Positions 32,262 through 41,392 of a DNA stretch of 64,000 nt are shown piece by piece. The notes beneath the pieces were generated by a model. It had not been told where the DNA came from, made no database searches, and saw only the letters and a program-made list of their open reading frames with translations. Position numbers and translations under genes: made by a program. Source of the stretch: Burkholderiales bacterium (GTDB lineage Bacteria; Pseudomonadota; Gammaproteobacteria; Burkholderiales; SG8-39). Positions within the stretch are counted from its first letter, which is position 1, and each line of letters begins with the position of its first letter. Location: assembly GCA_035550695.1 (NCBI GenBank), contig DASZOS010000007.1:19433-83432 (forward strand). Reading direction: 5' to 3'.

Positions 32262-33394
32262 GCAGGCTGTTTCTTCTTCTGGCGTCGCTCTGCGCGGCGG
32301 CGGCGTGGGGAGCGACGAAGGAAGAGGATCTCAAGGCGCTGCGCGGCCGCATCGAGGCTCTGACCCGCGAGCTCGACAGGAAGGAAGAGAGCCGGCGCGA
32401 GGCGCGCGATGCGCTGCGCGAGTCCGAGCGCGCCATCTCGGAGGCAAACCGCACGCTCGGCGCCCTGGAGGCCGAGGGCCGGGGGCTGCGTGCCGAGGCG
32501 TCCGCGATCGCCGAGCGCCGCGGCGCACTCGGGCGCTCGCTCGCCGAGCGCCAAGCGACCATCGGCCGCATGCTCGCCGCCCGCCAGGCGGCCGGCGCAC
32601 CCGACGCCCTGCGCGTGGCGCTTTCCGGGGAGGACCCCGGGGCGGTGTCGCGCAGGCTGTATTACGCAGGTTACGTGTCGCGCGCGGCGGCCGCCCTGCT
32701 TTCGGAGTACCGCGCGGGAATCGCCGAGGCCGAGCGCCTCGGGCACGAAGCCGAGGCAAGGCGCGCGCGCCTGCGCTCGCTCGAGCAGGAGAGCCGCGCC
32801 GACCGTGACAAAATTCTCGCCGAGCGCCGTACGCGCCGCCGCCTGCTCGGCGAGCTCGCCGCCGAGCTGCGCGCGAGCCGCGGGGAAATCAAAGTGCTGC
32901 GCGCCGACGAGGCGCGCCTGGCAAGGCTCGTCGAGGCACTGGGACGCGTAATTCGTCGCAACGAGCGCGTGCCGCGACCCGATTCGGCAAACGAGCCATT
33001 TTCGGCCTTGCGCGGGCGGCTCAGCTTGCCGGTGCGCGGGGAACTGATCGGGCGCTTCGGCGCTCCAAGAGGGGCGGCGGGGAGCGAAGCGAAGGGTGTG
33101 TTCATTCGTTCCCCCGAGGGGCAGCCGGTCCGGGCGGTCGCGCGGGGCCAGGTGGTCTACGCCGACTGGATGAGGGGGTTCGGAAATGTTCTCATCGTGG
33201 ACCACGGCGAGGCCTATCTTTCGATCTACGCCAACAACGAATCGCTCCTCAAGCAGGTGGGCGACGCAGTCGCGATCGCAGAGCCGATCGCAACCACCGG
33301 GGCGAGCGGTGGCAACGAGGAAACCGGGCTATACTTTGAACTGCGGCATCTTGGCCGCGCTTTCGACCCGTTGCGGTGGGTCAGGTTGAAATAA
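32258..33394 (+). CDS. Murein hydrolase activator EnvC-like (coiled coil plus LytM/M23 domain)
   Basis: Signal peptide [18 protein letters not shown], a long coiled coil, and a C-terminal M23 fold ([45 protein letters not shown]). Only a CTG start is available before the signal peptide. Confidence 0.8.
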   Translation: MSRLFLLLASLCAAAAWGATKEEDLKALRGRIEALTRELDRKEESRREARDALRESERAISEANRTLGALEAEGRGLRAEASAIAERRGALGRSLAERQATIGRMLAARQAAGAPDALRVALSGEDPGAVSRRLYYAGYVSRAAAALLSEYRAGIAEAERLGHEAEARRARLRSLEQESRADRDKILAERRTRRRLLGELAAELRASRGEIKVLRADEARLARLVEALGRVIRRNERVPRPDSANEPFSALRGRLSLPVRGELIGRFGAPRGAAGSEAKGVFIRSPEGQPVRAVARGQVVYADWMRGFGNVLIVDHGEAYLSIYANNESLLKQVGDAVAIAEPIATTGASGGNEETGLYFELRHLGRAFDPLRWVRLK

Positions 33395-33403
33395 TCCACA
33401 TTT

Positions 33404-34810
33404 ATGCAAAACAGACTTCGCAACATCGGACTCATCGCCATCGGCGCCGTGGCCGGCGTGCTCATAAGCCTGAATATCCAGGCCATCGCCGAGCGGGCGG
33501 TGCGCACCACCCTGCCCATCGAGGAGCTGCGCGCGTTCACCGAGGTGTTCGGCGCCATCAAGACCAACTACGTCGAGCCGGTCGAGGACAAGAAGCTCAT
33601 CACCGAGGCGATCAACGGCATGCTGACGGGCCTCGATCCGCATTCGGCCTACCTCGACCAGGAAGCCTTCCGGGAGCTGCAGGTGGGCACCCAGGGCCAG
33701 TTCGGCGGGCTGGGCATCGAGGTCGGCATGGAAGACGGCTTCGTCAAGGTGATCTCGCCGATCGAGGACACGCCGGCCTTCAAGGCCGGGATCAAGCCGA
33801 ACGACCTCATCATCAAGCTCGACGAGACCCCGGTGAAGGGCATGACGCTGAACGACGCCGTGAAGCGCATGCGCGGCAAGCCGAACACCACGATCACGCT
33901 GACCATTTCGCGCAAGGGCGAAAGCGCGCCCCTCATCGTCACGCTGACGCGCGCCGTCATCCGCGTGCAGAGCGTCAAGTCCAAGGTGATCGAGCCGGGC
34001 TACGGCTGGGTACGCGTATCGCAGTTCCAGGAAGCGACCCCCGAGAACCTGGTGCGGCAGCTCGGACAGATGTTCAGGGACAACCCGGGCCTCAAGGGCC
34101 TGGTGCTCGACCTGCGCAACGATCCCGGCGGCCTGCTGCACGGCGCGGTCGCCATCTCCGCGGCGTTCCTGCCGGTGAAATCGCTGGTGGTTTCCACCGA
34201 CGGGCGCGCCGAGGACGCGAAGAAGAAGTTCTATGCGACGCCGGACGACTACGCGCGCAGCAGCCGCGGCGAGGACGTCCTGAAACAGCTGCCGGCCGCG
34301 GTCAAGTCGGTGCCGATGGTCGTGCTGGTGAACGGCGGCTCCGCCTCGGCCTCCGAGATCGTCGCCGGCGCACTGCAGGACCATAAGCGCGCGACCGTGA
34401 TCGGCACGCAGACCTTCGGCAAGGGCTCGGTGCAGACCATCATGCCGCTTGGCAACAACACCGCCATCAAGCTCACGACGGCGCGCTACTTCACGCCGAG
34501 CGGGCGCTCGATCCAGGCGCTCGGCATCAAGCCCGACATCGTGGTCGAGGACCCGACCGATACGCTGACCCGCGTGCGCGAAGCCGACCTGACGCGTCAC
34601 CTCGAAAACGGCAAAGCAGCGAAGCCGGAAGAAAAGAAGGACCCCGCGGCCGCGCGGGTGAAGCCGCAGCAGCCGGTGTCGCCGGCGGAAATGAAACCCA
34701 TCGAGCTCGGCTCGAAGGACGACTTCCAGCTGCAGCAGGCCATCGCCCACCTCAAGGGCGAGCCCGTGAAGGCGGTCGCGCCGACGGTGGCGCAGAACAA
34801 ACCGAACTGA
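33404..34810 (+). CDS. ctpA: Carboxy-terminal processing protease (S41)
   Basis: PDZ block GGLGIEV...VISPIEDTPAFKAGIKPNDLI, LRNDPGGLL, and the catalytic region GGSASASEI. Confidence 0.9.
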   Translation: MQNRLRNIGLIAIGAVAGVLISLNIQAIAERAVRTTLPIEELRAFTEVFGAIKTNYVEPVEDKKLITEAINGMLTGLDPHSAYLDQEAFRELQVGTQGQFGGLGIEVGMEDGFVKVISPIEDTPAFKAGIKPNDLIIKLDETPVKGMTLNDAVKRMRGKPNTTITLTISRKGESAPLIVTLTRAVIRVQSVKSKVIEPGYGWVRVSQFQEATPENLVRQLGQMFRDNPGLKGLVLDLRNDPGGLLHGAVAISAAFLPVKSLVVSTDGRAEDAKKKFYATPDDYARSSRGEDVLKQLPAAVKSVPMVVLVNGGSASASEIVAGALQDHKRATVIGTQTFGKGSVQTIMPLGNNTAIKLTTARYFTPSGRSIQALGIKPDIVVEDPTDTLTRVREADLTRHLENGKAAKPEEKKDPAAARVKPQQPVSPAEMKPIELGSKDDFQLQQAIAHLKGEPVKAVAPTVAQNKPN

Positions 34811-35556
34811 ACGACGAGCAACTCCTCCGCTACAGCCGCCATATCCTCCTCCCCGAATTCGGGGTGGAAGGGCAGGAGCGGCTGCGGCGCGCGCGCGTCC
34901 TGATCGTCGGCGCGGGCGGCCTGGGCTGCCCGGCCGCGCTCTACCTCGCCGCCGCCGGTGTCGGGCGCATCACCCTTGCCGATTCCGACAAGGTCGACCT
35001 CACCAACCTGCAGCGCCAGATCCTGTACCAGGCCGAGCGCGTCGGGGCGCCGAAGGTCGATGCGGCGCGCGCCGCTTTGCAGGCCCTGAATCCCGATATC
35101 GAGATCGTCGCCCTGCAGAAAAGGCTCGGGCCGCAGGAAGCCGAAACGCTCGTCGCGGAGGCCGATCTCGTGCTCGACTGCACCGATAATTTCGCCACCC
35201 GCCACCTGCTCAATCGCGCGTGCGTGAAGCACCGCCGGCCGCTGGTCTCGGGGGCTGCCATCCGCTTCGACGCCCAGGTGATGGTCTTCGACCTGCGCAG
35301 CCCCGATTCTCCCTGCTACGCGTGCCTGTTCCCCGAGGACGGGGAAGTGGAGGAAGTGCAGTGCTCCGTGATGGGGGTGTTCGCGCCGATGACCGGAGTG
35401 ATCGGCGCCTTGCAGGCGATGGAGGCGCTGAAGCTCCTCGCCGGCATCGGCGCTTCGCTGAGCGGGCGGCTCCTGCTGCTCGACGCGAAGAGCGCCGACT
35501 GGCGCAGCGTGCGCGTAAAGAGGGACACGGCTTGCGCGGTCTGCGCGGGACGTTGA
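34807..35556 (+). CDS. moeB: Molybdopterin-synthase adenylyltransferase MoeB
   Basis: LLRYSRHILLPEFGVEGQERL, IVGAGGLGC, CxxC pairs CYAC and CAVC. 249 aa if started at CTG 34807 (E. coli MoeB is also 249 aa). The first canonical start (GTG 34864) would delete the conserved N-terminus. Confidence 0.85.
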   Translation: MNDEQLLRYSRHILLPEFGVEGQERLRRARVLIVGAGGLGCPAALYLAAAGVGRITLADSDKVDLTNLQRQILYQAERVGAPKVDAARAALQALNPDIEIVALQKRLGPQEAETLVAEADLVLDCTDNFATRHLLNRACVKHRRPLVSGAAIRFDAQVMVFDLRSPDSPCYACLFPEDGEVEEVQCSVMGVFAPMTGVIGALQAMEALKLLAGIGASLSGRLLLLDAKSADWRSVRVKRDTACAVCAGR

Positions 35557-35565
35557 CCACAGACG

Positions 35566-35759
35566 CAAATCAGGGACGGACCACGTTTTCAGCCAGTCGG
35601 CGTAGGACTTTCGATGGCATTCCGTTGCCGATTCGAGCTGCATAGGTCGGAGCCAGTCCGGCGTGCACGGGGGTAGGCATCTCGGAGGCGCTTGAACTCA
35701 ACTCTCCCCCAGTCCTGCAATGCGCCACCAGGCAGAAAACGTGGTCCGTCCCTGATTTG
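35566..35759. repeat. REPIN-like palindromic element with the same termini as the RAYT gene flanks
   Basis: Perfect 25-bp inverted termini: CAAATCAGGGACGGACCACGTTTTC (35566-35590) and its reverse complement (35735-35759). The inner arms continue as imperfect inverted repeats (GCCAGTCGGCG / CGCCACCAGGC). Lies between the convergent genes moeB and slmA. Confidence 0.75.
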
Positions 35760-35772
35760 ACTTGGCCGATTC

Positions 35773-36327
35773 CTAGGACAACAAGTAGCGGCGCTGCGCG
35801 CCGAAGCTTTCCGTGGGCTTCTTGACGAAGCCGCTCTTGGCGTACTGGTGCAGGCAGCCGATGGCGTAGCGCAGCAGCGTCCCGGCGCGCCCGGCGGCAT
35901 CGCCGTCGGCCGCGTCGCGCAGCGACTGCTTCAGCGTCGATTCGAAGCGGTCGAAGAACTGGTTCATGCGCGCTTGCAGCCGCTCGTGCTCGCCGACGAG
36001 CGCATCGCCGGTCATCACGCGCACCATGCCCGGATTCTTCTCGGCAAAGGCGAGCAGCATCTCGAGGAGCTTCTCCGCCTGCTGCCGGCCGTCTGCTTCG
36101 TCTTCGGCGATGCGGTTCGCGAGCGTGAACACCGAGTTCTCGATGAACTCGATCAGCCCCTCGTACATCTGGGCCTTCGAGGCGAAATGGCGGTAGAGCG
36201 CCGCCTCGGAGACGTCCAGCCTCTCGGCGAGCGCGGCCGTGGTGATGCGCTCCCACTTCGGCGCCTCGAGCATGTGCGCGAGGGCCTTGAGGATCTCCAG
36301 CCTGCGTTCGCCTTTGGCTCGGGGCAT
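35773..36327 (-). CDS. slmA: Nucleoid occlusion factor SlmA-like TetR-family regulator
   Basis: Collinear with E. coli SlmA: RRLEILKALAHMLE, RITTAALAERLDVSEAALYRHFASKAQMYEGLIEFIE, NPGMVRVMTGDAL. Confidence 0.8.
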   Translation of the reverse strand: MPRAKGERRLEILKALAHMLEAPKWERITTAALAERLDVSEAALYRHFASKAQMYEGLIEFIENSVFTLANRIAEDEADGRQQAEKLLEMLLAFAEKNPGMVRVMTGDALVGEHERLQARMNQFFDRFESTLKQSLRDAADGDAAGRAGTLLRYAIGCLHQYAKSGFVKKPTESFGAQRRYLLS

Positions 36328-36353
36328 AGGGGTGGGGCAGGCGGATTCTAGAC

Positions 36354-37016
36354 TCAGCCGTAGCGGAAGACTAGGCGCGGCAGCTCGATCACCGAGGCGA
36401 CCCGCAAGTCCACGAACGACACACGGCGCTTGAGCCGGCTCACCCAAACCGTTGACATTCCAAGGCGATGCGCGGTGCGCAGATTTTCCAGCGCGTCGTC
36501 GACGAAGGCGCAGCGATGCGGATCGAGGTCGTGATTGCGCAGCAGCACGTGAAAGCCGTGCAGGGCGGGCTTGCCGCGGTAGCGCGCGTCCTCGATGGCG
36601 TAGACGCGGTCGAAATAGCGCGCGAGCCGCAGCGCTCGCAGCACGCCTTCGACGTAATGCCGGGGCGCATTGGAGAAGACGAGCTTCATGCCGTCAAGAC
36701 GCGACAGCGCATGCTTGAGCGCGTTCTCGTGCACGACGATATCCGCGAGCTCCGGAAACACGTGCGTCTCGGCGAGGAAACGGCGCGGATCGGTGCCGTG
36801 GTGGCGCATCAGGCCGTTCAGCGTGGTGCCGTAGCGCAGCCAGAAATCGCGCCGCATGCGGGTGGCGCCTTCCTCGTCGAGGTCGAACTCGCGGCGCAGG
36901 AAGGCGTTGATCTGCCGGTGCATCGACGGGAAGATAGCCGCCGTGGCGTCGTGCAGCGTGTTGTCGAGATCGAAAATCCAGACGCGCCTGGAAGGCGCCA
37001 GACCCGCGATGCGCAC
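36354..37016 (-). CDS. HAD-superfamily pyrimidine 5'-nucleotidase-like hydrolase
   Basis: Motif I WIFDLDNTLH, later KLVFSNA and FVDDALENL. GTG start at 37016. Confidence 0.75.
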   Translation of the reverse strand: MRIAGLAPSRRVWIFDLDNTLHDATAAIFPSMHRQINAFLRREFDLDEEGATRMRRDFWLRYGTTLNGLMRHHGTDPRRFLAETHVFPELADIVVHENALKHALSRLDGMKLVFSNAPRHYVEGVLRALRLARYFDRVYAIEDARYRGKPALHGFHVLLRNHDLDPHRCAFVDDALENLRTAHRLGMSTVWVSRLKRRVSFVDLRVASVIELPRLVFRYG

Positions 37017-37018
37017 GA

Positions 37019-37921
<903 letters not shown>

Positions 37922-37923
37922 CT

Positions 37924-37956
37924 ACAAACAAAAGCGGGCCGGGGGTCGCCCGGCCC
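37924..37956 (-). terminator. Rho-independent terminator downstream of hsp20
   Basis: Minus-strand RNA: GGGCCGGG-CGACC-CCCGGCCC (8-bp GC stem, 37936-37956) followed by GCUUUUGUUUGU. Confidence 0.6.
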
Positions 37957-37985
37957 TGGATGCAACACCTGAGTGCAAGACCCGC

Positions 37986-38417
37986 TTACTGGATCGCGAT
38001 CTGCTTGCGGCTCGCCGCGGCCTTCTTCGGCAGCGTGAGCTCGAGCACGCCGTCGCGGAACTTCGCTTCCGCCTTGGCCTCGTCGACCTCCTGCGGCAGC
38101 GAAAAGCTGCGGCTCATCTTGCCGTAGGTGCGCTCGGTGTGCAGGACGCGCTCGTCCTGCGTGACTTCCTTCTCGCGCTTCACCTCGGCGCCGAGCGTGA
38201 CCTGCGCGCCGTCGATGGTGATCTGGATGTCTTCCTTCTTGACGCCGGGAAGCTCCGCGCTCACGAGGTAGCCGCCGTTCTTCTCGGCCACATCCACCTT
38301 CATGCGCGGCAGCACGTCGCCGCGGCCGCCTTCCAGGGCGAGCGGGCGCACCAGAAAGCCCTTGAAGAAATCGTCGACCAGGTCGTTGAACGGGTCGAAC
38401 CGGGTAACGTTTGCCAT
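37986..38417 (-). CDS. Small heat-shock protein (Hsp20/alpha-crystallin family)
   Basis: PRMKVDVAEKNGGYLVSAELPGVKKEDIQI and GVLELTLPK. Confidence 0.9.
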   Translation of the reverse strand: MANVTRFDPFNDLVDDFFKGFLVRPLALEGGRGDVLPRMKVDVAEKNGGYLVSAELPGVKKEDIQITIDGAQVTLGAEVKREKEVTQDERVLHTERTYGKMSRSFSLPQEVDEAKAEAKFRDGVLELTLPKKAAASRKQIAIQ

Positions 38418-38448
38418 ATAAGTCTCCTTTCCTGAGGCGTTGCCAGGG

Positions 38449-38476
38449 AGGTAAGGGCGAACGCCCGCTTTTCAAG
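38449..38476 (-). promoter_or_regulatory. Candidate sigma-32 promoter of hsp20
   Basis: Minus strand reads CTTGAAA (38476-38470), 12-nt spacer, CCCTTACCT (38457-38449). It lies about 30 nt upstream of the AGGAGA Shine-Dalgarno and ATG. Confidence 0.45.
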
Positions 38477-38498
38477 ACCCCGGGTAAACTTCCCGCCC

Positions 38499-39038
38499 AT
38501 GAAGGATTTCCGCTCGCTGGTGGAGGGGGAGCGACCTTACCTCCTGCGCTACGCCCGGCTGCAGTTGCGCGACGGCCACGCCGCCGAGGACGCGGTGCAG
38601 GAAACGCTGCTCGCCGCGCTCGCGGGCGAGGCCGCCTTTGCCGGGCGCTCCAACCTGCGCACCTGGCTCACCGGCATCCTCAAGCACAAGATCATCGACG
38701 CCCTGCGGCGGCTCGCCCGCGAAGCGCCGCTCGCCGAGGACGAGGGCGAGCTCGAGGCGCTCTTCGACCAGCGCGGCCACTGGCGCGACGCTCCGGGCGA
38801 CTGGGAGGACCCCGACGCGCTTCTCGGGCGCAAGCAGTTTCTCGAGGCGCTGGAGCGCTGCCTCGCCGGCCTGCCGCAAAAAAGCGCCCAGGCGTTCATG
38901 ATGCGCGAGCACCTCGGCTTCGAGACTGACGACATTTGTAAGGAATTGGGCGTCACGCCGACGCATTGCTGGGTGCTTCTTTACCGCGCGCGCATGGCGC
39001 TGCGCGAGTGCCTGCAACAGAACTGGTTCGCCAAATGA
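38499..39038 (+). CDS. ECF-type RNA polymerase sigma factor
   Basis: Region 2 DAVQETLLAAL ... LRTWLTGILKHKIIDALRR. Region 4 ELGVTPTHCWVLLYRARMALRECL. Confidence 0.85.
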   Translation: MKDFRSLVEGERPYLLRYARLQLRDGHAAEDAVQETLLAALAGEAAFAGRSNLRTWLTGILKHKIIDALRRLAREAPLAEDEGELEALFDQRGHWRDAPGDWEDPDALLGRKQFLEALERCLAGLPQKSAQAFMMREHLGFETDDICKELGVTPTHCWVLLYRARMALRECLQQNWFAK

Positions 39039-39214
39039 TGCTTTCCTGCAAGGAAGCCACGCACCTGGTCTCCCAGGGGCTCGACCGCCGCCTCGGCCTT
39101 GCCGAGCGCGTGGCGCTGCGCCTGCATCTCGCCATCTGCGACGGCTGCAGCAATTTCAAGAAGCAGGTGGCGTTCCTGCGCAAAGCGATGCGCCGCCTTG
39201 CAGAATCCGACTGA
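39035..39214 (+). CDS. Minimal zinc-binding anti-sigma factor (zf-HC2 / ZAS motif, no TM segment)
   Basis: 59 aa: MMLSCKEATHLVSQGLD...LHLAICDGC (H-x3-C-x2-C). ATGA overlap with the sigma factor stop. Confidence 0.7.
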   Translation: MMLSCKEATHLVSQGLDRRLGLAERVALRLHLAICDGCSNFKKQVAFLRKAMRRLAESD

Positions 39215-39380
39215 GCGTTGCGCGCGCTGCGGCGCGCCGTTTCACTGCGGCGCCAAGGAGCGCGGTTGCTGGTGCCAGAGCCTGCCGCCGCTGACGCCGG
39301 TTCCCGGCAGGGGCTGCCTGTGCCGCGCCTGCCTGGAAGCCGAGCTCAAAGAACAAACCGCGCCAGATCGTCGTTCCTAG
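39198..39380 (+). CDS. Cysteine-rich CWC-family protein
   Basis: [25 protein letters not shown]...CLCRAC (8 Cys in about 45 aa). The only in-frame start is TTG at 39198, which overlaps the anti-sigma 3' end. The 3' end overlaps hslU convergently. Confidence 0.55.
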   Translation: MQNPTERCARCGAPFHCGAKERGCWCQSLPPLTPVPGRGCLCRACLEAELKEQTAPDRRS

Positions 39381-40653
39381 AGAGCTCGGCGAGGCGCGCG
39401 TCGACATAGGCCGCGTCGATCGTGACGCTCCCGGGACCGCGCTTTCCGGCCTCGAAAGAGATCTCCTCCAGCAGCTTCTCGAGCACGGTGTAGAGCCGCC
39501 GGGCGCCGATGTTCTCGGTGCTCTCGTTCACCTGGTGGGCGATCTCGGCGAGGCGCCGGATCGCCTCGGGGCGGAATTCGATCTCGACGCCTTCGGTGGC
39601 GAGGAGCGCCTGGTACTGCTTCACCTGGCTCGCGTCGGTCGCCACCAGGATGCGCTCGAAGTCCTCGACCGAAAGCGAGTCGAGCTCGACGCGGATCGGG
39701 AAGCGGCCCTGGAGCTCGGGGATGAGGTCCGAGGGCTTGGCGAGGTGGAAGGCCCCGGACGCGATGAACAGGATGTGGTCGGTCTTCACCATGCCGTAGC
39801 GCGTGGACACCGTGGTGCCTTCGACGAGCGGCAGCAGGTCGCGCTGCACGCCCTGGCGCGACACGTCGGCGCCCTGCATCTCAGAGCGGCTGGTGATCTT
39901 GTCGATCTCGTCCAGGAACACGATGCCGTTCTGCTCGGCGTTGGCGAGCGCGCGGCTCTTGAGCTCATCGTCGTTCACCAGCCGCCCGGCCTCCTCGTCG
40001 GTGACGAGCTGCATCGCCTCGCGGATCTTCATGCGCCGAAGGCGCCGCCGGCCGCCGCCCAGGTTGGAGAGCATGCCCTGGATCTGCGAGGTGAGGTCCT
40101 CCATGCCCGGCGGGGCGAGGATTTCCATCTGCGGCTGGGCGGCGGCCACCTCGATCTCGATTTCCTTTTCGTCGAGCTCGCCCTCGCGCAGCTTCTTGCG
40201 GAACTTCTGCCGCGTGACGCTTTCGTCTTCAGTTCCTTTGAAACCCACCAATACGTCGAGAATCCGGTCCTCGGCGGCGTCCTGCGCGCGTGTGCGCACG
40301 CGGCGCACCGCCTGCTCGCGCGTCTGCTTCACGCTGATCTCGACGAGGTCGCGCACGATGGTGTCCACGTCGCGGCCCACGTAGCCGACCTCGGTGAACT
40401 TGGTCGCCTCCACCTTGATGAAGGGCGCGTCGGCGAGGCGCGCGAGGCGCCGCGCGATCTCGGTCTTGCCCACCCCGGTCGGCCCGATCATCAGGATGTT
40501 CTTGGGCGTGATCTCCTGGCGCAGCGGCTCGGCCACCTGCTGGCGCCGCCAGCGGTTCCGCAGCGCGATCGCGACCGCGCGCTTCGCCCTCGCCTGCCCG
40601 ACGATGTACTTGTCGAGCTCGTGGACGATCTCCTGCGGCGTCATGCCGCTCAT
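39346..40653 (-). CDS. hslU: ATP-dependent protease ATPase subunit HslU
   Basis: [38 protein letters not shown]. Confidence 0.97.
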   Translation of the reverse strand: MSGMTPQEIVHELDKYIVGQARAKRAVAIALRNRWRRQQVAEPLRQEITPKNILMIGPTGVGKTEIARRLARLADAPFIKVEATKFTEVGYVGRDVDTIVRDLVEISVKQTREQAVRRVRTRAQDAAEDRILDVLVGFKGTEDESVTRQKFRKKLREGELDEKEIEIEVAAAQPQMEILAPPGMEDLTSQIQGMLSNLGGGRRRLRRMKIREAMQLVTDEEAGRLVNDDELKSRALANAEQNGIVFLDEIDKITSRSEMQGADVSRQGVQRDLLPLVEGTTVSTRYGMVKTDHILFIASGAFHLAKPSDLIPELQGRFPIRVELDSLSVEDFERILVATDASQVKQYQALLATEGVEIEFRPEAIRRLAEIAHQVNESTENIGARRLYTVLEKLLEEISFEAGKRGPGSVTIDAAYVDARLAELSRNDDLARFVL

Positions 40654-40667
40654 GACTCAACCTCCGG

Positions 40668-40752
40668 AAAAGGGGTCAGAGCAATTTTCCGGTTACAAAA
40701 CGGTGGCTGCGGCGGGACGATTTGTTTCGCGAAAATTGCTCTGACCCCTTTT
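40668..40752. repeat. 85-bp palindromic element in the hslV-hslU spacer (second repeat family)
   Basis: Perfect 22-bp arms: AAAAGGGGTCAGAGCAATTTTC (40668-40689) and its reverse complement (40731-40752). The inner part is imperfectly self-complementary. The right arm covers the hslV TAA stop. Confidence 0.7.
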
Positions 40753-41287
40753 ACTCCAGGACTTCGATCGTTCTCTGGTGATTGGTGTAGATGCACAAGT
40801 CCGCCGCGATCGCCAGCGCCTTCTCCACGATCTCGCGCGGGCCGAGCGTGGTGTTCTCGAGCAGAGCGCGCGCCGCGGCGTGCGCGTACGGCCCGCCGGA
40901 GCCGATCGCCACGATGCCGAGCTCGGGCTCGAGCACGTCGCCGGCCCCGGTGATGATGAGCGAGCGCTCGCGGTCGGCGACCGCGAGCATCGCTTCCAGC
41001 CGCCGCAGGATCCGGTCGGTGCGCCAGTCCTTGGCGAGCTCCACCGCCGAGCGCATCAGGTTGCCCTGGTGCTTGTCGAGCTTCGCTTCGAAGCGCTCGA
41101 ACAGCGTGAAGGCGTCGGCGGTGCCGCCGGCGAAGCCGGCGAGGATGCGCTCCTGGTAGAGGCGCCGCACCTTCTTCGCGCCGCCCTTGACGACCACCTG
41201 GCCGAGCGTGACCTGGCCGTCGCCGCCCAGCGCCACGACCCTGTCGCGCCGCACGGAAAGAATCGTGGTGCCGTGAAAGGATTCCAT
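40751..41287 (-). CDS. hslV: ATP-dependent protease peptidase subunit HslV
   Basis: [11 protein letters not shown] (Thr active site after Met removal). GDGQVTLG. Confidence 0.97.
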   Translation of the reverse strand: MESFHGTTILSVRRDRVVALGGDGQVTLGQVVVKGGAKKVRRLYQERILAGFAGGTADAFTLFERFEAKLDKHQGNLMRSAVELAKDWRTDRILRRLEAMLAVADRERSLIITGAGDVLEPELGIVAIGSGGPYAHAAARALLENTTLGPREIVEKALAIAADLCIYTNHQRTIEVLE

Positions 41288-41316
41288 GAGGATGGAAAAT
41301 ACCTTGGGAAAAAATG

Positions 41317-41346
41317 TACGTGGGGTACGACCGATCCAGTTTCAAC
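41317..41346 (-). promoter_or_regulatory. Sigma-32 promoter of hslVU
   Basis: Minus strand reads GTTGAAA (41346-41340), 14-nt spacer, CCCCACGTA (41325-41317). This is close to the CTTGAAA-N13-14-CCCCATNT consensus. Confidence 0.6.
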
Positions 41347-41392
41347 CATACACTAACTCGCCAGCTCTTCGGACAGGTTGTGGATCCTGTTC

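Noticed and set aside
33329-34750. 473-aa minus-strand ORF
   Set aside because: It is antisense to the S41 protease gene, with shadow-ORF composition.
35570-36256. 228-aa minus-strand ORF crossing the REPIN-like element into slmA
   Set aside because: It is out of frame with the SlmA-like protein, and its 3' part is just the palindromic repeat.
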